A stretch of DNA of 64,000 nucleotides from positions 43,400,001-43,464,000 of the forward strand of contig OX597828.1 of the NCBI GenBank assembly GCA_951406725.2, written 5' to 3'. A model generated the notes under the pieces. The model saw nothing but the letters and a program-made list of their open reading frames with translations, did not search any database and was not told where the DNA came from. Numbering within the stretch: the stretch's first letter is position 1; every line of letters begins with the position of its first letter. Source of the DNA: Octopus vulgaris (taxonomy: Eukaryota). Shown piece after piece: positions 41,775 to 56,776 of this stretch. Position numbers and translations under genes: made by a program.

Positions 41775-42600
41775 AAGGTTGCGTTATTGGAGGGAGAGGC
41801 AGGTGAAATAAAAGAAAATTTAAATAGTAAGGAAAAAATACAGAGAGAAGTGACAAGGAATTTAAGGGAGGATATATTGTTGGTTTAATATATAATGGTA
41901 GTGAGGGTGGATAAGGGAAAATATATGAATATTGGGGGGACGCGGGGTGGGGTTGTTGTTAATTGTATTTTGAGAATAGATTTAGGGATCGATGTTTTCA
42001 TGTAAAAATGATACTGCTGCGTTCATTAAGATGATCGGTGGATTGCAAAGTAGCTAAAGCCTTGGCTATGCAGCGACCGCATTGGAGTCATGGTTGCTCA
42101 CTCTAGCTTTCAAGTTGGTGCTACATGAACCGATATATATGTAGCTACAGCGGTGATCTAAAGGTCAGAAGGTTGGACCTCTGAAGTTGTATATGTTTGT
42201 AGGGTGTGTTCCAGATGAACTTGTGAAAAGATTGCTATTTAATGAGGAAGCGGTGTTAGGTTCGTTGTTATTGCTGGCATTAACATTAATATTTGTTAAG
42301 GAGTTGGGGGTGGTGTTGTGGGCTTGTATAATATGATAATTATTGTGCCCAGTAGTACTTTCTGTTTCATTCTCTATTTTTACAAGAGGTATAATAGTTG
42401 AGCGTTGTGGTAAATTTAAAGATCGGATGACAGTAGTGGAATTATAGTTGTAGATATGAGGGTTAGTGTTGTTAAGGGGAGTCAAATGGTATTTTGGGCT
42501 TATATGTATAGAGCTGGGGGCTAGGCTGAGTTAATTTATTAGGGTGGAGGTTAGCTGGTTGTGGATTTCTGAGTTTCTTGTTAAGATAACTTCAGTGACA
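41775..42600 (-). mobile_element. Degenerate PLE relic containing the YIG half of a GIY-YIG motif
   Basis: 42084-42143 reads YIYIGSCSTNLKARVSNHDS; boundaries are uncertain. Confidence 0.45.
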
Positions 42601-43250
42601 TATAGATATATTAGATATATAACATATATTACATATATGTACGTACCTACATCTATATGTATATATATATATATATGCATATGTGGGTACAGGACACTAA
42701 AAGCACGTCGAACACAATGAGAAACGAAAACATAAACACAAAACCAAGAAGATGCACATTTTTCTTAAACAACGAAAAAATAGAGTACAAGACATACAAC
42801 ACAAGGAAAATTCCCCTTCTTCAGCCGCCTCTGTTTCACCTACTCCGCGTTTCGAAGGTAAAGGCGAGACACGACTTCCGTGAAACAGTCCTTCCCGCAA
42901 AAGCAGATTAAATAAAATTTGCAATTTTTTTGCGGAAGGGTATATATATATAATACAAAATGGGACATAAAACATCCAGATAGACGATACAAAGAAAACA
43001 AGGACGGGTCATTTGGAGTTTCCTTTCCTCAGTCGAGTTCTAGATTATCTTTGCAATTTCGATACACACACACACACATACACACACACTCATATATATA
43101 TACATATATAGATATATATATAGGCGCAAGATTGCCTGTGCGGTATGTAGCTTGCTCACCAACATGGTTCCGGGTGTCATCTACTATAGCCGCGGGCTGA
43201 CCTAAGTCTTGTGAGTGGATTTAGTAGACGGAAACTGAAAGAAGCCCGTC

Positions 43251-43298
<48 letters not shown>

Positions 43299-43510
43299 GC
43301 GTGTGTATTTGTTTGTGTGTCTGTGTTTGTCATCCACCATTGCCTGACAACCGATGCTGGTCCCCGTAACCCAGCGGTCGGTTCGGCAAAAGAGACCGAT
43401 AGAATAAGCACTAGGCTTACAAAGAATAAGTCCTGGGGAATCGATTTTTTCGACTAAAGCCGGTTCTCCAGCATGGCCGCAGCCAAAGGAATGAAACAAA
43501 TAATAAAACA

Positions 43511-43592
<82 letters not shown>

Positions 43593-43595
<3 letters not shown>

Positions 43596-43736
43596 TCTTC
43601 CCTTCTCTGGATCTTTCCTTCTCCTATGCTTCCGACGAAGAGCTCCGCTCGAAACGTTAAACTCTCCTTCTTCCCTTCTTTCCTGAGCGTCCAATAATAC
43701 TTTATTTGTTCCACGTCCTTGCGTTGTTGTGTTTTA

Positions 43737-43740
<4 letters not shown>
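43593..43740 (+). mobile_element. pLTR-like element with hammerhead motif at 43628-43662
   Basis: gctt | CCGACGA a | gagc(tcc)gctc | GAAA | cg TT | aaac; near-identical copy at 59258-59450. Confidence 0.7.
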
Positions 43741-43798
<58 letters not shown>

Positions 43799-44140
43799 TG
43801 TACACACACATACACATGCATATACATACATACATATATACATTTGTTTATACAGAAAGTAAGAGTGAGTGAGAGACTGCAACGGATCAGTCTCTCTCTG
43901 TATCTCTTAATTCGCTGTCTATTTTTCTCTATCAAAACTAATCAAGAAATCATAATACACGATATTAATTACTTCCGCCAAACTCAGTTAACATTCACTA
44001 CAGCAAACATTGACATTACTGTTTAGTTATTGTTAGTTAATTGTTTGCTAAACATATCACAATACACACGTATATGTAGATATATGTGTATATCTATATA
44101 CATACATTGAGGCAGACCGTTATATATGTGTTGATATATA

Positions 44141-44182
<42 letters not shown>

Positions 44183-44412
44183 AGCATAAGCATACACACA
44201 TATACGTGTGTGTATGAGTGTGTGCGTGTATGTATATATACATATATGCACACATATGTCAATATATTTCTTATAAATATATGTAGGTATATATATATAT
44301 ATATGTGTGTACATATATACATAGATTCATACAGGCATGTGAATCTGTGTGTCTGTGTGTATGTATGCATGTCTGTATTCTTATTACTGTACAAATACGT
44401 ATGTGCATATCC

Positions 44413-44474
<62 letters not shown>

Positions 44475-46104
44475 ATATATACATATATTTGTGTTGGTAT
44501 GTATATATGCATGCAAGCTTGCGCCCTTACTCATGTATGCACATACGTACTTGTATATTTAAATACATGTATACACATGTATGCGTTCCCTAAAATTCAT
44601 CCGCATCCACACATACATGAATGTGTGTGTGTGTGCATGTTGCGTGTGTGTATGTGTATATGTATATTTGAATATATATATATATATATACTACATATAC
44701 TTGTGCGTATTTATATATGCATATTATTACGTATGTATGAAAAGCAATCATCATCGCCATACATGGTGTCGACTGGTGGCGCTGTAAACAGGTTATGTAC
44801 TGAAAAGTCAACACGCCACCTACACTTATTATTATTATCGTTGTTAATCGCGGCTGTATTACTCCGGGGACTTGCGGTGTATGAGAGTTTGTGTCTATGA
44901 CTTTGTGTGTTAGTTGTTGTTGTTGTTGTATCTTTAATTTTCAGCTGCACTTAAACGGCAGGTATTATTTCTCTTAATCATTTGCCCCCATCAAACGTAC
45001 AGGTAAGATGATACTGTTCTTGTACAGCTTTGGTCGCAGGTAACAAAAGGCAATAATAGCTAACAAGGAGAAGCAGACAAACTCTTGAAAACAAGAATGA
45101 GAAAATAACATAAATAAGAAATAAAAAAAAAGATATGTCAATAGAAATTGAAATCAAAGCAAAAACGGTAGAAAAGGAAATTAAAAGTAAATAAGATTCT
45201 TTGTCATTTTTTATTTTCTTTTATTTGTTTTTTTTCTTCTTTGTTGTATTTTTGAACCTTGAATGATACCTTTACAGTGTATAGGTGTTGAGTGAACGGT
45301 CAATACGAGCCCTCGTTTGACAGTTTTAGGTTCAAGTCTTCTACTTGTGCATACACCTTTGTGTGTCTCCTTATGGTTATTGGTCATGCATATGCTTTCT
45401 TCCTGAAATTGCGTTGCATAGTTTTAAGCGTATGACTATGAAGTTTGAATAGGAGCACTATAGCCGAATGATTAAGAATCTAAGAACGTTATATCAACAT
45501 ATTACTGCCGGTCATCTTGGGTCTAATACCGTTTTCTTCATCTTTGTTTCTACATAACTTGAGAGTCATACTGGAATGCTTATAGAAACCCGCCAATATA
45601 ATTACACCTATAATTAGATAAGTATAGACTTAATTATTATGCTTTACACTATTAATGAATTCGTGACTATGAAATGCTCAAGCGTTAATTTAAAAGGGTT
45701 TAATTCAGTTGACAATCAGCTGGATCATCTTCGTCGAACGACGGAAAACCAACCATCAAATATTCCGTGTGTCCGTTCATCATTCTATTAATTGATAATA
45801 TTTTTTTTTCACTATATGCATATGAATTTTTGTCGACTTATTAACTTATCCTACAAGTTGCTAAAACCAGTTATTTATTAAATTTTCATTTAGATACATA
45901 GTAAAATAAAAACCCCAAAAAAGCGAGCAGATAATTGAATAATATAACAATGCTTGCAAAGTTTCTAGGTGTACAGGCATACATACATGTGTACAAAATC
46001 GTTATTGGGTGGACAGGATGCGTCCAATATTTAAGGTGTTTAAGTATTTCTCGAGTTTCAACACGCATCTACTCCCGCTTGCACAGCAATACAGTTACAT
46101 AGAT

Positions 46105-46170
<66 letters not shown>

Positions 46171-46291
46171 CGGTCGTATATAAATAGACAAGTTTGTTTT
46201 AGGAACGTTGAAATGTATTGTAGAACAAGAAGAAAGATAAAATTTATTCAACGCATAGATACTGGACGGTATATACGTAGAGGATTTTATC

Positions 46292-46338
<47 letters not shown>

Positions 46339-46374
46339 TAATCCAAACATGAAAACACTAAGAGAACACATATA

Positions 46375-46408
<34 letters not shown>

Positions 46409-46489
46409 GTATGTATGTACGTATATATAATATATGGATGTATATAAATATATGTGTGTGTGTCTGTGTATATATATATACATACATAT

Positions 46490-46531
<42 letters not shown>

Positions 46532-47365
46532 TGGAGACCCAGATGTCCGTTAGATACCTTTGAGTAACCATGTGGTCGTAAAATATTTATAATGTTTCCA
46601 TTCTACAAATTACATAGTCCAAGTGAAATTGATGGAAAATTCACAGAAACGAGCTTTATTAATAAATTCCAGCAACCAACAATACTATTACTTAGAGGTA
46701 CAATTTCCATAGCTACGACCACCACCACTGACAATGAAAACAATAGTAAAGGTGCTCATGATGACGATGGCAGGAAAATACTAGCAAGTCATGAGAAAAG
46801 TCAGTAAAAATAATGTTACTTATGGGTTTAATGTTCTGTTACCATAGCTACCACTACCACTACCACCACCAACCACAACCAGAACAACAATAGCAAGTGG
46901 AGGCACAATGGCTCGGTGGTTAGAGCAGCGGACTCGTGGTCGTAAGAACGCAGTTTCGATTCCCAGACCGGGCATCGTGTTTATCACCACAACATTCTTT
47001 CACTCTTTCTTCCTATTTCTGCTACAAAGCAGAAGCCTAGAGAAATGTATTTTAGGTACACAGTTTAGCCATCTCATCACAGTTGTAAATTGTAAAACAT
47101 AAGTGTCACCAGTACTACATGAAGCTGAACATTTCATAGTTTAACGCACGAAAGTACTAGTTCAATCAAAATGGACATTTGATATTCAATCATTTCATTA
47201 TACTCTATCTTATGTTATATTAGTATAAGACTGAATAAAATGTGAAAATCAAAGTTAAAAATTCTTTGAGTAATATATATATATATATATATATATATAG
47301 CTTCATATATGTATGTATGCTTATATATATATATATATATATATATATAGCTTCATATATGTATG

Positions 47366-47430
<65 letters not shown>

Positions 47431-47640
47431 AGATATAGATATAGATACCAGCTGGTACACAATATATGCATTCGTAGTATCAATTTCATTAATGATTAAG
47501 GAAATATTTCAACTTAGCGATAACTATATTATTCTTTCAGTTTTATGGGCATATACATACATATATACATACCTATTCATATACATATTTATATGTATGT
47601 ATGCATGTATACATACATACATACATACACATACACACAC

Positions 47641-47694
<54 letters not shown>

Positions 47695-48043
47695 ATACGC
47701 ATGTGCGCAAACAAAAGTCTTTTTTTCGTATGAAGTAAAAACGCAAAATGAACGCTGGAAAATCTAGAATATTTCTTTAGTAATAATTCTGTGTACGTAC
47801 ACGAAATATATTCTTCTTATAAATACTATTGTTATTTGATGAAGTTTGACACTTCCAAAGACATCAGTTCTTTTTACTCTCATCATATATATAATCTTAC
47901 GGTTTCTGCGGAATTTTAACTTTTATTTTTATTGTGTGAAGTAAATTTTTAATAATGTTTTTCGTGTTAGTTTTCTTGCAAGTGGATGTTATGAACACAT
48001 ACATATATTGATAGACAAATACGCAAACAACAGAAAGTGTGAC

Positions 48044-48079
<36 letters not shown>

Positions 48080-48152
48080 GAATATATGTATATATATATA
48101 TATGTATATACATATGTGTATATATAAATATATGCACGTATGTCTATGTATG

Positions 48153-48186
<34 letters not shown>

Positions 48187-48271
48187 TGTATGTATGTATG
48201 TATGTATGTATATATATCTGTGTGTATATGTATCTGAGTGTGCGTGTGTATATATATCTGTGTCTGTGTAC

Positions 48272-48305
<34 letters not shown>

Positions 48306-49169
48306 GTGTGTGTGTGTGTGTGTGTCTGTGTGTGTCTACCTATGCGTATCTGTGTCCTCTTGTATGTTATTATAGAATTGAATTATACGTATATATATAT
48401 ATACATACATACATGTACATATGCATATGTATATGTATATATACACACATATATAGCAAGATATTAACATAAAGAAAAAGGAAGAGGCGTGGAGAAGGTG
48501 GGAACGAGAGTGGGTGAAGGAGAGGGAGGAGGGGGAGGGGAGGGGAGGAGCGGAGGAGGAGGAGGAGAAGAAGAATAAAAATAAGACATATAAGTATGTG
48601 CGAAGTTTTTACTCTTAATATATTTGACAAGAATATGGTAACAACAAATAAAAAAAATAAAGATTTATCAGGTTTTCTTGGTTTTCGTCGATTGTATTTT
48701 TATCAAAATATCTTTTTAACATCGTTATAACATAGTGACATATCACTGACATACCCATCTTCATCCACACATTTATATATATACATACATACATACATAT
48801 ATATATGATTTTCGATAAAAATTTATATACATATACTTTGTGTCGTACACACATACACACACGCGCGCGCTCTCATACATATGTCTACACATACATACAG
48901 ACATACGTGTGCAAGTTAATTGCATAATATATACATACGTATGTGTGTGTGTGTGTGTGTGTATTTATATAAATATATATATCAATATATGTATATTTAT
49001 ATATATATATGTATATATATATATATAAATGTATGTATACATATATACACACATATGTATATGTGTATATATATATTTATATATATATATACAAACACAC
49101 GCATAAGTATATATATATACATACAAACACACGCATATGTGTATATGTATATATATACATATATATATA

Positions 49170-49239
<70 letters not shown>

Positions 49240-49250
49240 TATATACATAC

Positions 49251-49323
<73 letters not shown>

Positions 49324-50367
49324 TGTATGTATATCATCGTGTTTTATATTGTATTTAACTGTCTGTAATTCATGCTCAACCGTTAACATAACAGTTTTTA
49401 GTTTTGTCAAAGTAAGAAAGGAGAAACGTCGTAAAAAAGAAAATACCGAACATCTGTCAAATTCTTGTTGGAAAAAAATTCTTAGTTAAAAGTTTTGTAT
49501 TGCACAATGTCTTCATTTCCGTTTTTCATATTTGATTAGTAGCAAGTGGCACAAACTTAAATAGAGACTCACACACATACTAGCAAGCACACAAACTGAA
49601 AGGTTTGCGCGTTTATACACTCAGTTGTGTGGTGAAGAATTCGGTTTAGAAAAGCACGGGTTCAGTCTCACTGCATGGAACCATGGATGAGTGCTTTCTA
49701 CTATATTCTCCGACCCATCAAACCTTTGAAGTTAATTTGGGAGAGGGAATATGGAAGAAGCTGTCACACACAAACACCCCCTCCCACACACACACACATA
49801 CTCTTTACTCTCTCTCTCTTTTACATGTTTCAGTCATTTGACTGCGGCCATGCTGGTGCACCGCCTTCAGTCGAGCAAATCGACCCCGGGACTTATTCTT
49901 TGTAAGCCCAGTACTTATTGAGTCGGTCTCTTTTGCCGAACCGCTAAGTGACGGGGACGTAAACACATCAGCATCGGTTGTCAAGCAATGGTAGGGGTAC
50001 AAACACAGACACACATACACATACACATACATACTTATACATATATATACATATATACGACAGGCTTCTTTCAGTTTCCGTCTACCAAATCCACTCACAA
50101 GACATTGATCGGCCCGGGGCTATAGCAGAAGACACTTGCCCAAGATGCCACGCAGTGGGACTGAACCCGGAACCACGTGGTTGGTTAGCAAGCTACTTAC
50201 TACACAGCCACTCCTGCGCACACACACACATATATTTATATGTATGTATGTGGGTATATACGTCTGTATGTATGTATGTATGTATGTATGTATGTATGTA
50301 TGTATGTATGTGTGTGTGTGTATGTATGTATGTATGTATGTATGCATGTATGTATGCGTCTATGTGA

Positions 50368-50680
50368 AGGCGCATGGCTCAGTGGTTAGAGCGTCGAACT
50401 TACTATCGTGAGATTGTGAGATCAAATCCCGGATCGGGCTGCGTGTTGTGTTCTTGAGCAAGACACTTTATTTCATATTGCCCCAGTTTACTCAGCTATA
50501 GAAATGAGTTGCCAAGCTGTGTCAGCCTTTGCCTTTCCCTTGGATAACATCAGTGGTGTGGAGAGGAGAGGCTGGTGTGCATGGGCGACTGCTGGTCTTC
50601 CATAAACAACCTTTCCCGGACTTGTGCTTCGGAGGGTAAATCTCTAGGTGCAATCCCATGACCGAAGGGGGTCTCCAATG
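50368..50680 (+). mobile_element. tRNA-derived SINE, further family
   Basis: ggcgcatggctcagtggttagagcg...gagatcaaatccc; related heads at 15360 and 19240. Confidence 0.7.
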
Positions 50681-50901
50681 TATGCGTGTGTATGTGTGTG
50701 TGTGCGTGAGCGTCTATATATGTGTGTCTTCATGTTTGTGTTTCTCCTCCACCACCGCTTGCCATCCGATAGGATAAGTATCAAAATTAGAACATCTAAA
50801 TCCAGGTTTTTTTTTCCTCACTAAAACCTTCTGGATCCAATGACTGAGTCAATTAGAAAACAAAAGATGCAAGATGCATACAGAGACGCACACGCACAAA
50901 T

Positions 50902-50938
<37 letters not shown>

Positions 50939-51020
50939 TATATATATATGCATAAATACATTCATACAGAGACAAACACATACACATAGACACACACACA
51001 CAAAACCATATATATATGAT

Positions 51021-51273
51021 GCAGAACGGAATTGTATCAGTGAACAGGTCGCGGTCTCAATATATATATATTAAGGAGATGTACTTGCATAACAAGTGAC
51101 TTGATCTGCAGTGAACAGGTCGCGGTCTCAAAGCGACGAAAATATTTTGGCAAATTAAATTCAAATTTTGAAGTGAATCGAATGGTTTTTGTGTGTTTCT
51201 TAAATGGCCAATAAACACCTTCCATGTTGCAATTGTTTTCGCTCCAGCACACGATCACAGATCAGGTCACTTG

Positions 51274-51276
<3 letters not shown>
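51021..51276 (+). mobile_element. Rearranged copy of the 19535 element with an inverted 3'-end copy and G3-C8 hammerhead (51109-51154)
   Basis: 51071-51108 is the reverse complement of 19702-19739; cagtgaacaggtcgcggtctcaa occurs twice; stem II gtcgc/gcgac is perfect. Confidence 0.8.
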
Positions 51277-51318
<42 letters not shown>

Positions 51319-51329
51319 ATTTATAGGAC

Positions 51330-51480
51330 ATGGATTATTCTGCTAAGAATATACCTCCACCACCGAACATCCTATACGTCAGGATGCTTCTCGGGAAAGT
51401 TGAAGACCCTGGTTTGCAAACTGAATGGAACATGTGGTCAGGGCTAATGATTACTTATAGGTACAAGGTGTGTTTTAAAT
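51330..51480 (+). mobile_element. N-terminal relic of a YRDDG-type PLE ORF
   Basis: MDYSAKNIPPPPNILYVRMLLGKVE fits the YSxKNIPxP-x-Y-x-L-x-KVE start recalled for such ORFs. Confidence 0.45.
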
Positions 51481-51608
51481 TTGGACCTAGATCCGCCTTA
51501 GTAGCTCTCATCTTTATACTGGCTACTTCAATGGCATTTGTCTCTCACTGGATGGAATGCTTCTCTGTTGGTCTTAGCTTAATGGAACAGTAAACTATTC
51601 ATATACAT

Positions 51609-51658
<50 letters not shown>

Positions 51659-51673
51659 CATGCATATACATAC

Positions 51674-51744
<71 letters not shown>

Positions 51745-52937
51745 CACTTTTTTTAATCCGAGGGGAGGCAATGCGAGCAGCAACTACAAGAACACTACAA
51801 AATCCACAGAAAGATCAAACACATACATATATTCATATATTCATTTATATCTACTGAACAGATATAAGGCCCGACGTTTAAAAATTTTGTACTATATAAA
51901 TATATAAACATCATATACAAATATATAAATATATAAGAGAATCAATGTTGCATATATAACACCTTGAATTTACACTTAAACTCGTAAAACATTTGGTATA
52001 AATTTTATATATATATATATATGAGTGTGTGTCTATATATGTATATATTTATGTCTATATATATCTGTATTGACTACTTTATATAAAGAGAGATAGATTA
52101 CATTAATTTATGCGTTACTCTTTACCTCTGTAGAGCACAAATCTATTATTCTTGAAGGAGATTATTATTGCCATTGATTTCGAAGTCTTGCCTGGTTCAG
52201 CTATGCTATCGTATACAGCTTAAAGTGCTTGAGAAAGACCTTGGTATTACAAATTATACTAACACCAGAACAAGCACCATTGTATAGTGCCAAAAATCTA
52301 AAGCTTGCCATTAAATTATAGGCCCTGATGCGGCAATATTTTGGGATTGAAGGGCGTACAGCTCTTTAATAAGTTGCTGGAACGCAAATAAACCAACACG
52401 CGTCGTCAAGTAGATGAAGAACATCCATAAACAGGAAGCCGCAGTGTGTGAGTGGTTGCATGTTTGCGTGTGTATGTGTGCACCTCTGTGTTTATGGACA
52501 TTCTTACGCCACTTGACGACTGGTGTTGGTTGGTTTACGTTCCAATAACATAGCAGTTGAGGTAAAGTGCTTCTAACAGTCCGATAAAATAAGTCCTATA
52601 CTAAAAAGAAACAGATGTAGTGTGATCGAGTTGTATGATTAAACACAAAAAATGGTGGTACCCTACCATGCCAAATATCAAATAACCAAAATAATTATTA
52701 GATCAAAACACAATAGAGAACGCGTACGTTATATGTTCTGTTTTGTTTTTATCGGGTAAAACATTCGATGAAGAATTACTAAATATTTTTCTCCACAGAA
52801 AACAAAGTATTCGAGCGTGCGTATGTATGTATGTATGTATGTATGTATGTATGTATGTATGTATGTATGTATGTATGTATGTATCTATTTATCTTTCTAT
52901 ATCTATCTATATCTATCTCTCTATATCTATCTCTCTG

Positions 52938-53008
<71 letters not shown>

Positions 53009-53181
53009 CTCTGTTTGTCTGTCTGTCTATTTGTATCTCTCTCTCTCTATCTATCTCTCCCCGTCTCTCTGTATCTATCTCTCCCCGTCTCCCTCTCTCT
53101 CTCTCTCTATATATATATATATGTATATATGTGTGTGTGTGTGTGTGCGTACGTGTGTGTGGTGTGGTGTGTGTGTGTGTT

Positions 53182-53400
53182 TACGAGGTGCTGCCGAAAA
53201 GTTCCTGGCCTTAAGGGTGTCGCGAAAGGATTGGTTTGGGCCCAAACTCGCGACTTGTTTTAAAGAGCGTAGAAAAATTCAAGGACTGCTGCAATGCATG
53301 TGAAACCGAGAGACAAATCCGATGAATAGAATCAGAATTAACTGATATTTCTGTACTTTATTTTACCCCAAACCAGGAACTTTTAGCACACCCTCATGTA
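53182..53400. mobile_element. Mariner-type MITE, degenerate
   Basis: tacgaggtgctgccgaaaagttcctgg ... ccaggaacttttagcacaccctcatgta; related fragment at 33995-34192. Confidence 0.6.
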
Positions 53401-53411
53401 TACGTTCATAC

Positions 53412-53465
<54 letters not shown>

Positions 53466-53735
53466 TTATTTACTACCCACAAGGGGCTAAACATAGAGGG
53501 GACAAACAAGGACAGACAAAGGGATTAAATCGATCACATCGACCCCAGTGCGTAACTGGTACTTAATTTATCGACCCCGAAAGGATGAAAGGCAAAGTCG
53601 ACCTCGGCGGAATTTGAACTCAGAACACTTAACGGCAGACGAAATACGGCTACGCATTTCGCCTGGCGTGCTAACGATTCTGCCAGCTCGCCGACCTGAT
53701 ATATATATATATATATATATCATGCTTACACACAC

Positions 53736-53767
<32 letters not shown>

Positions 53768-54276
53768 TCATAAAGGCACACACGTGCAATGAAACATGCA
53801 TTCGTATAACACTTACGTACGCATGATCAGGTATACTAAATAGACAGATGCGCACATGTATTGTTTCGTCGATACAGAATATGATATGAAGAGCAACATC
53901 TTACTTCCTAAGATACCATTTACAGCATATCTATATAAATATGTATGAGTATGTTTGTGTGTAAGTGCACACATACACAAACGTACATAAATACATTCAT
54001 ATATTTCTCAGTAATTACTCGTTCATACACGGATTTGTATTTATAACATCATATTTCAGATTTACTTCACTCTCCCCCTTTCTCTTTCTCTCTCTCTATA
54101 TATACACATGTATATATATATACATATCTATATATATATATATGCATAAATATGTATATATACATAAATATATATACATATATATATATGTATATATAGT
54201 TATGTATATATATATATGCATAAATATATATATACATAAATATATATACATGTATATATGTATATATATTTATGTG

Positions 54277-54368
<92 letters not shown>

Positions 54369-56287
54369 TTTTTAAAGTTTGATATTTAGAAGGATTCATA
54401 GACTTTTATCTTGTTCTTAAAATCCTTGTTTATATTTTCTTTTTTTAATCTGCAAATCTGGAATTTAAATCTTGTATACCTCTAGGTAATGCTTTTCGTT
54501 TTTCTACAAAGGTTTGTCAGAATATTATGTAACATAATATGTGGAGGATGAGTAGCAGTCACAAAGATGTTACAGAAACGCTGTTAATGGTTGTTCACGC
54601 TTCTAGTCTCGGGCGCTTTTTTTTTCTCCTGTTTTCAATTGCATATATTGAAGCTCAAATGTCACGTGATATTTCAGTACAAATATAGAATCCAACTGTT
54701 CCTTGCATTGTCTGTGGAAATGAGAAAATGTGGTTAGTCGCACAACATTTTTGAGCATTATATGGATACCACTTTGAGCCCCAAGAAGTAATATATACTC
54801 TTTTACTTGCTTCAGTCATTTGACTGCGGCCATGCTGGAGCACCGCCTTCAGTCGAGCAAATCGACCCCAGGACTTATTCTTTGTAAGCCCAGTACTTAT
54901 TCTATCGGTCTCTTTTGCCGAACCGCTAAGTGACGTGGACATAAACACACCAGCATCGGTTGTCAAGCAATGCCTAGGGGGACAAACACAGACACACAAA
55001 CATATACACACACACATATATATATACATACATATATACGACGGGCTTCTTTCAGTTTCCGTCTACCAAATCCCCTCACAGGGCTTTGGTCGGCTCGAGG
55101 CTATAGTCGAAGACACTTGCCCAAGATGCCACGCAGTGGGACTGAACCCGGAACCATGTGGTTGGTAATCAAGCTACTTACCACACAGCCACTCCTATGC
55201 CTTACATTTTTTTCCTAGTGTATGTAGTTCTCACAGAATATCTGGTTAGTGGTGGTATTAAACATGAAGAATTTTTCTACATATGTAGTAATACTGGACC
55301 TTGTATAACCACCTTATTCTCCTCTACTCCAGTGATAGACGAATTATGATTCCGTTTCGTCTGCAGCTGGCGTTCATTTCTTTGATTTTATTTACGGTTA
55401 GATTTGTCTGGATTTACATATCGTTGATTTGAAGATGTTTGCCAGATACAAAAATGGCTACTTCAAACAAATACATGAGCCGCAATGAAGCGTCCAATCA
55501 ATCATCGAAATTGCCCTGAGGTAAAACACAATGATGTTTAAAATGGTGGACTGCAAGAGCCTTAGTGAAGACCGGGGTTTGTTATGAAGTTGATCAGCTT
55601 ACCATGCAGAGCAGTAGCGTGTTCCTCAGTAAATACAGTTATCCTTGAAATCGCTGACCACACTTATTCCATTTAGTGAACACCTTTCATTATATAGAAA
55701 CAATGCCCTCTAAAATACGTACATCAGTTTCTCTAAATACGAATCTACAACGAGAAAGTTATTACGCAGTTGTACAGCAGCGTAGTTTCGCCACACAGCA
55801 GCAATAGTTCCTTCAGCAGATACACTAACCATTGAAAGAGTTAGTATGTTTTTACTCCACCTGTTCATTTGAGCGTTGAGGTGTTCCTAGAAACTGTAAA
55901 ATAAAAATCTACATAACATTAACAGAAAGAAAATAAGACTGTCGCAGTTGTAGGAAAACTAGTATTTTTACACATGAAGATAAAGTCTTTATGACAAAAA
56001 AAAAGCACAAAAATACAACAATTTTTACTAGTGTGTTACAGTACTCGAACAGAGATATGAAGAAACTTTATTCCACGAGGCTACAATTGGAACTATGCTG
56101 TCATTTAAATATTGCACGCCCAACTTTTCTTTCGATATGCAATGAACAGATGGATAGATAGATAGTTGCCCTTAATACTTACGCCTAAACATCGCGTGAC
56201 GCTCCTAGTCCCAATTGTGCATGTACCAAAGAAAAAGGTGAACAACAGACAGACACACAGACAGACAGACAGACAGACATGTACAAG

Positions 56288-56335
<48 letters not shown>

Positions 56336-56615
56336 CACAAATGCACGTAGAACACACACACACAAGTTTCACACACAGGGTATGCAAGAATTAAATATAT
56401 ATTTACATATATATATATATATAGTAAATAGAAGGTAAGTAAGTTTTAAATGTGTGTGTGTTGAATCCTTGCAAAATATCAAACATTTTTTGCTCTCAAA
56501 TTTCTCTGAATATTATTTTTTAACAAAAAATAGAGTTTAGGAAATCTGAAATATGATTTTATAAAGTCAAACATATTGAAACACTCCTTCAGACACAGAG
56601 AGACAGAAAGACACA

Positions 56616-56776
<161 letters not shown>

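Noticed and set aside
44944-45002. Plus-strand AG...GTAAG exon-like stretch
   Set aside because: Isolated, with no partner exons or recognisable peptide
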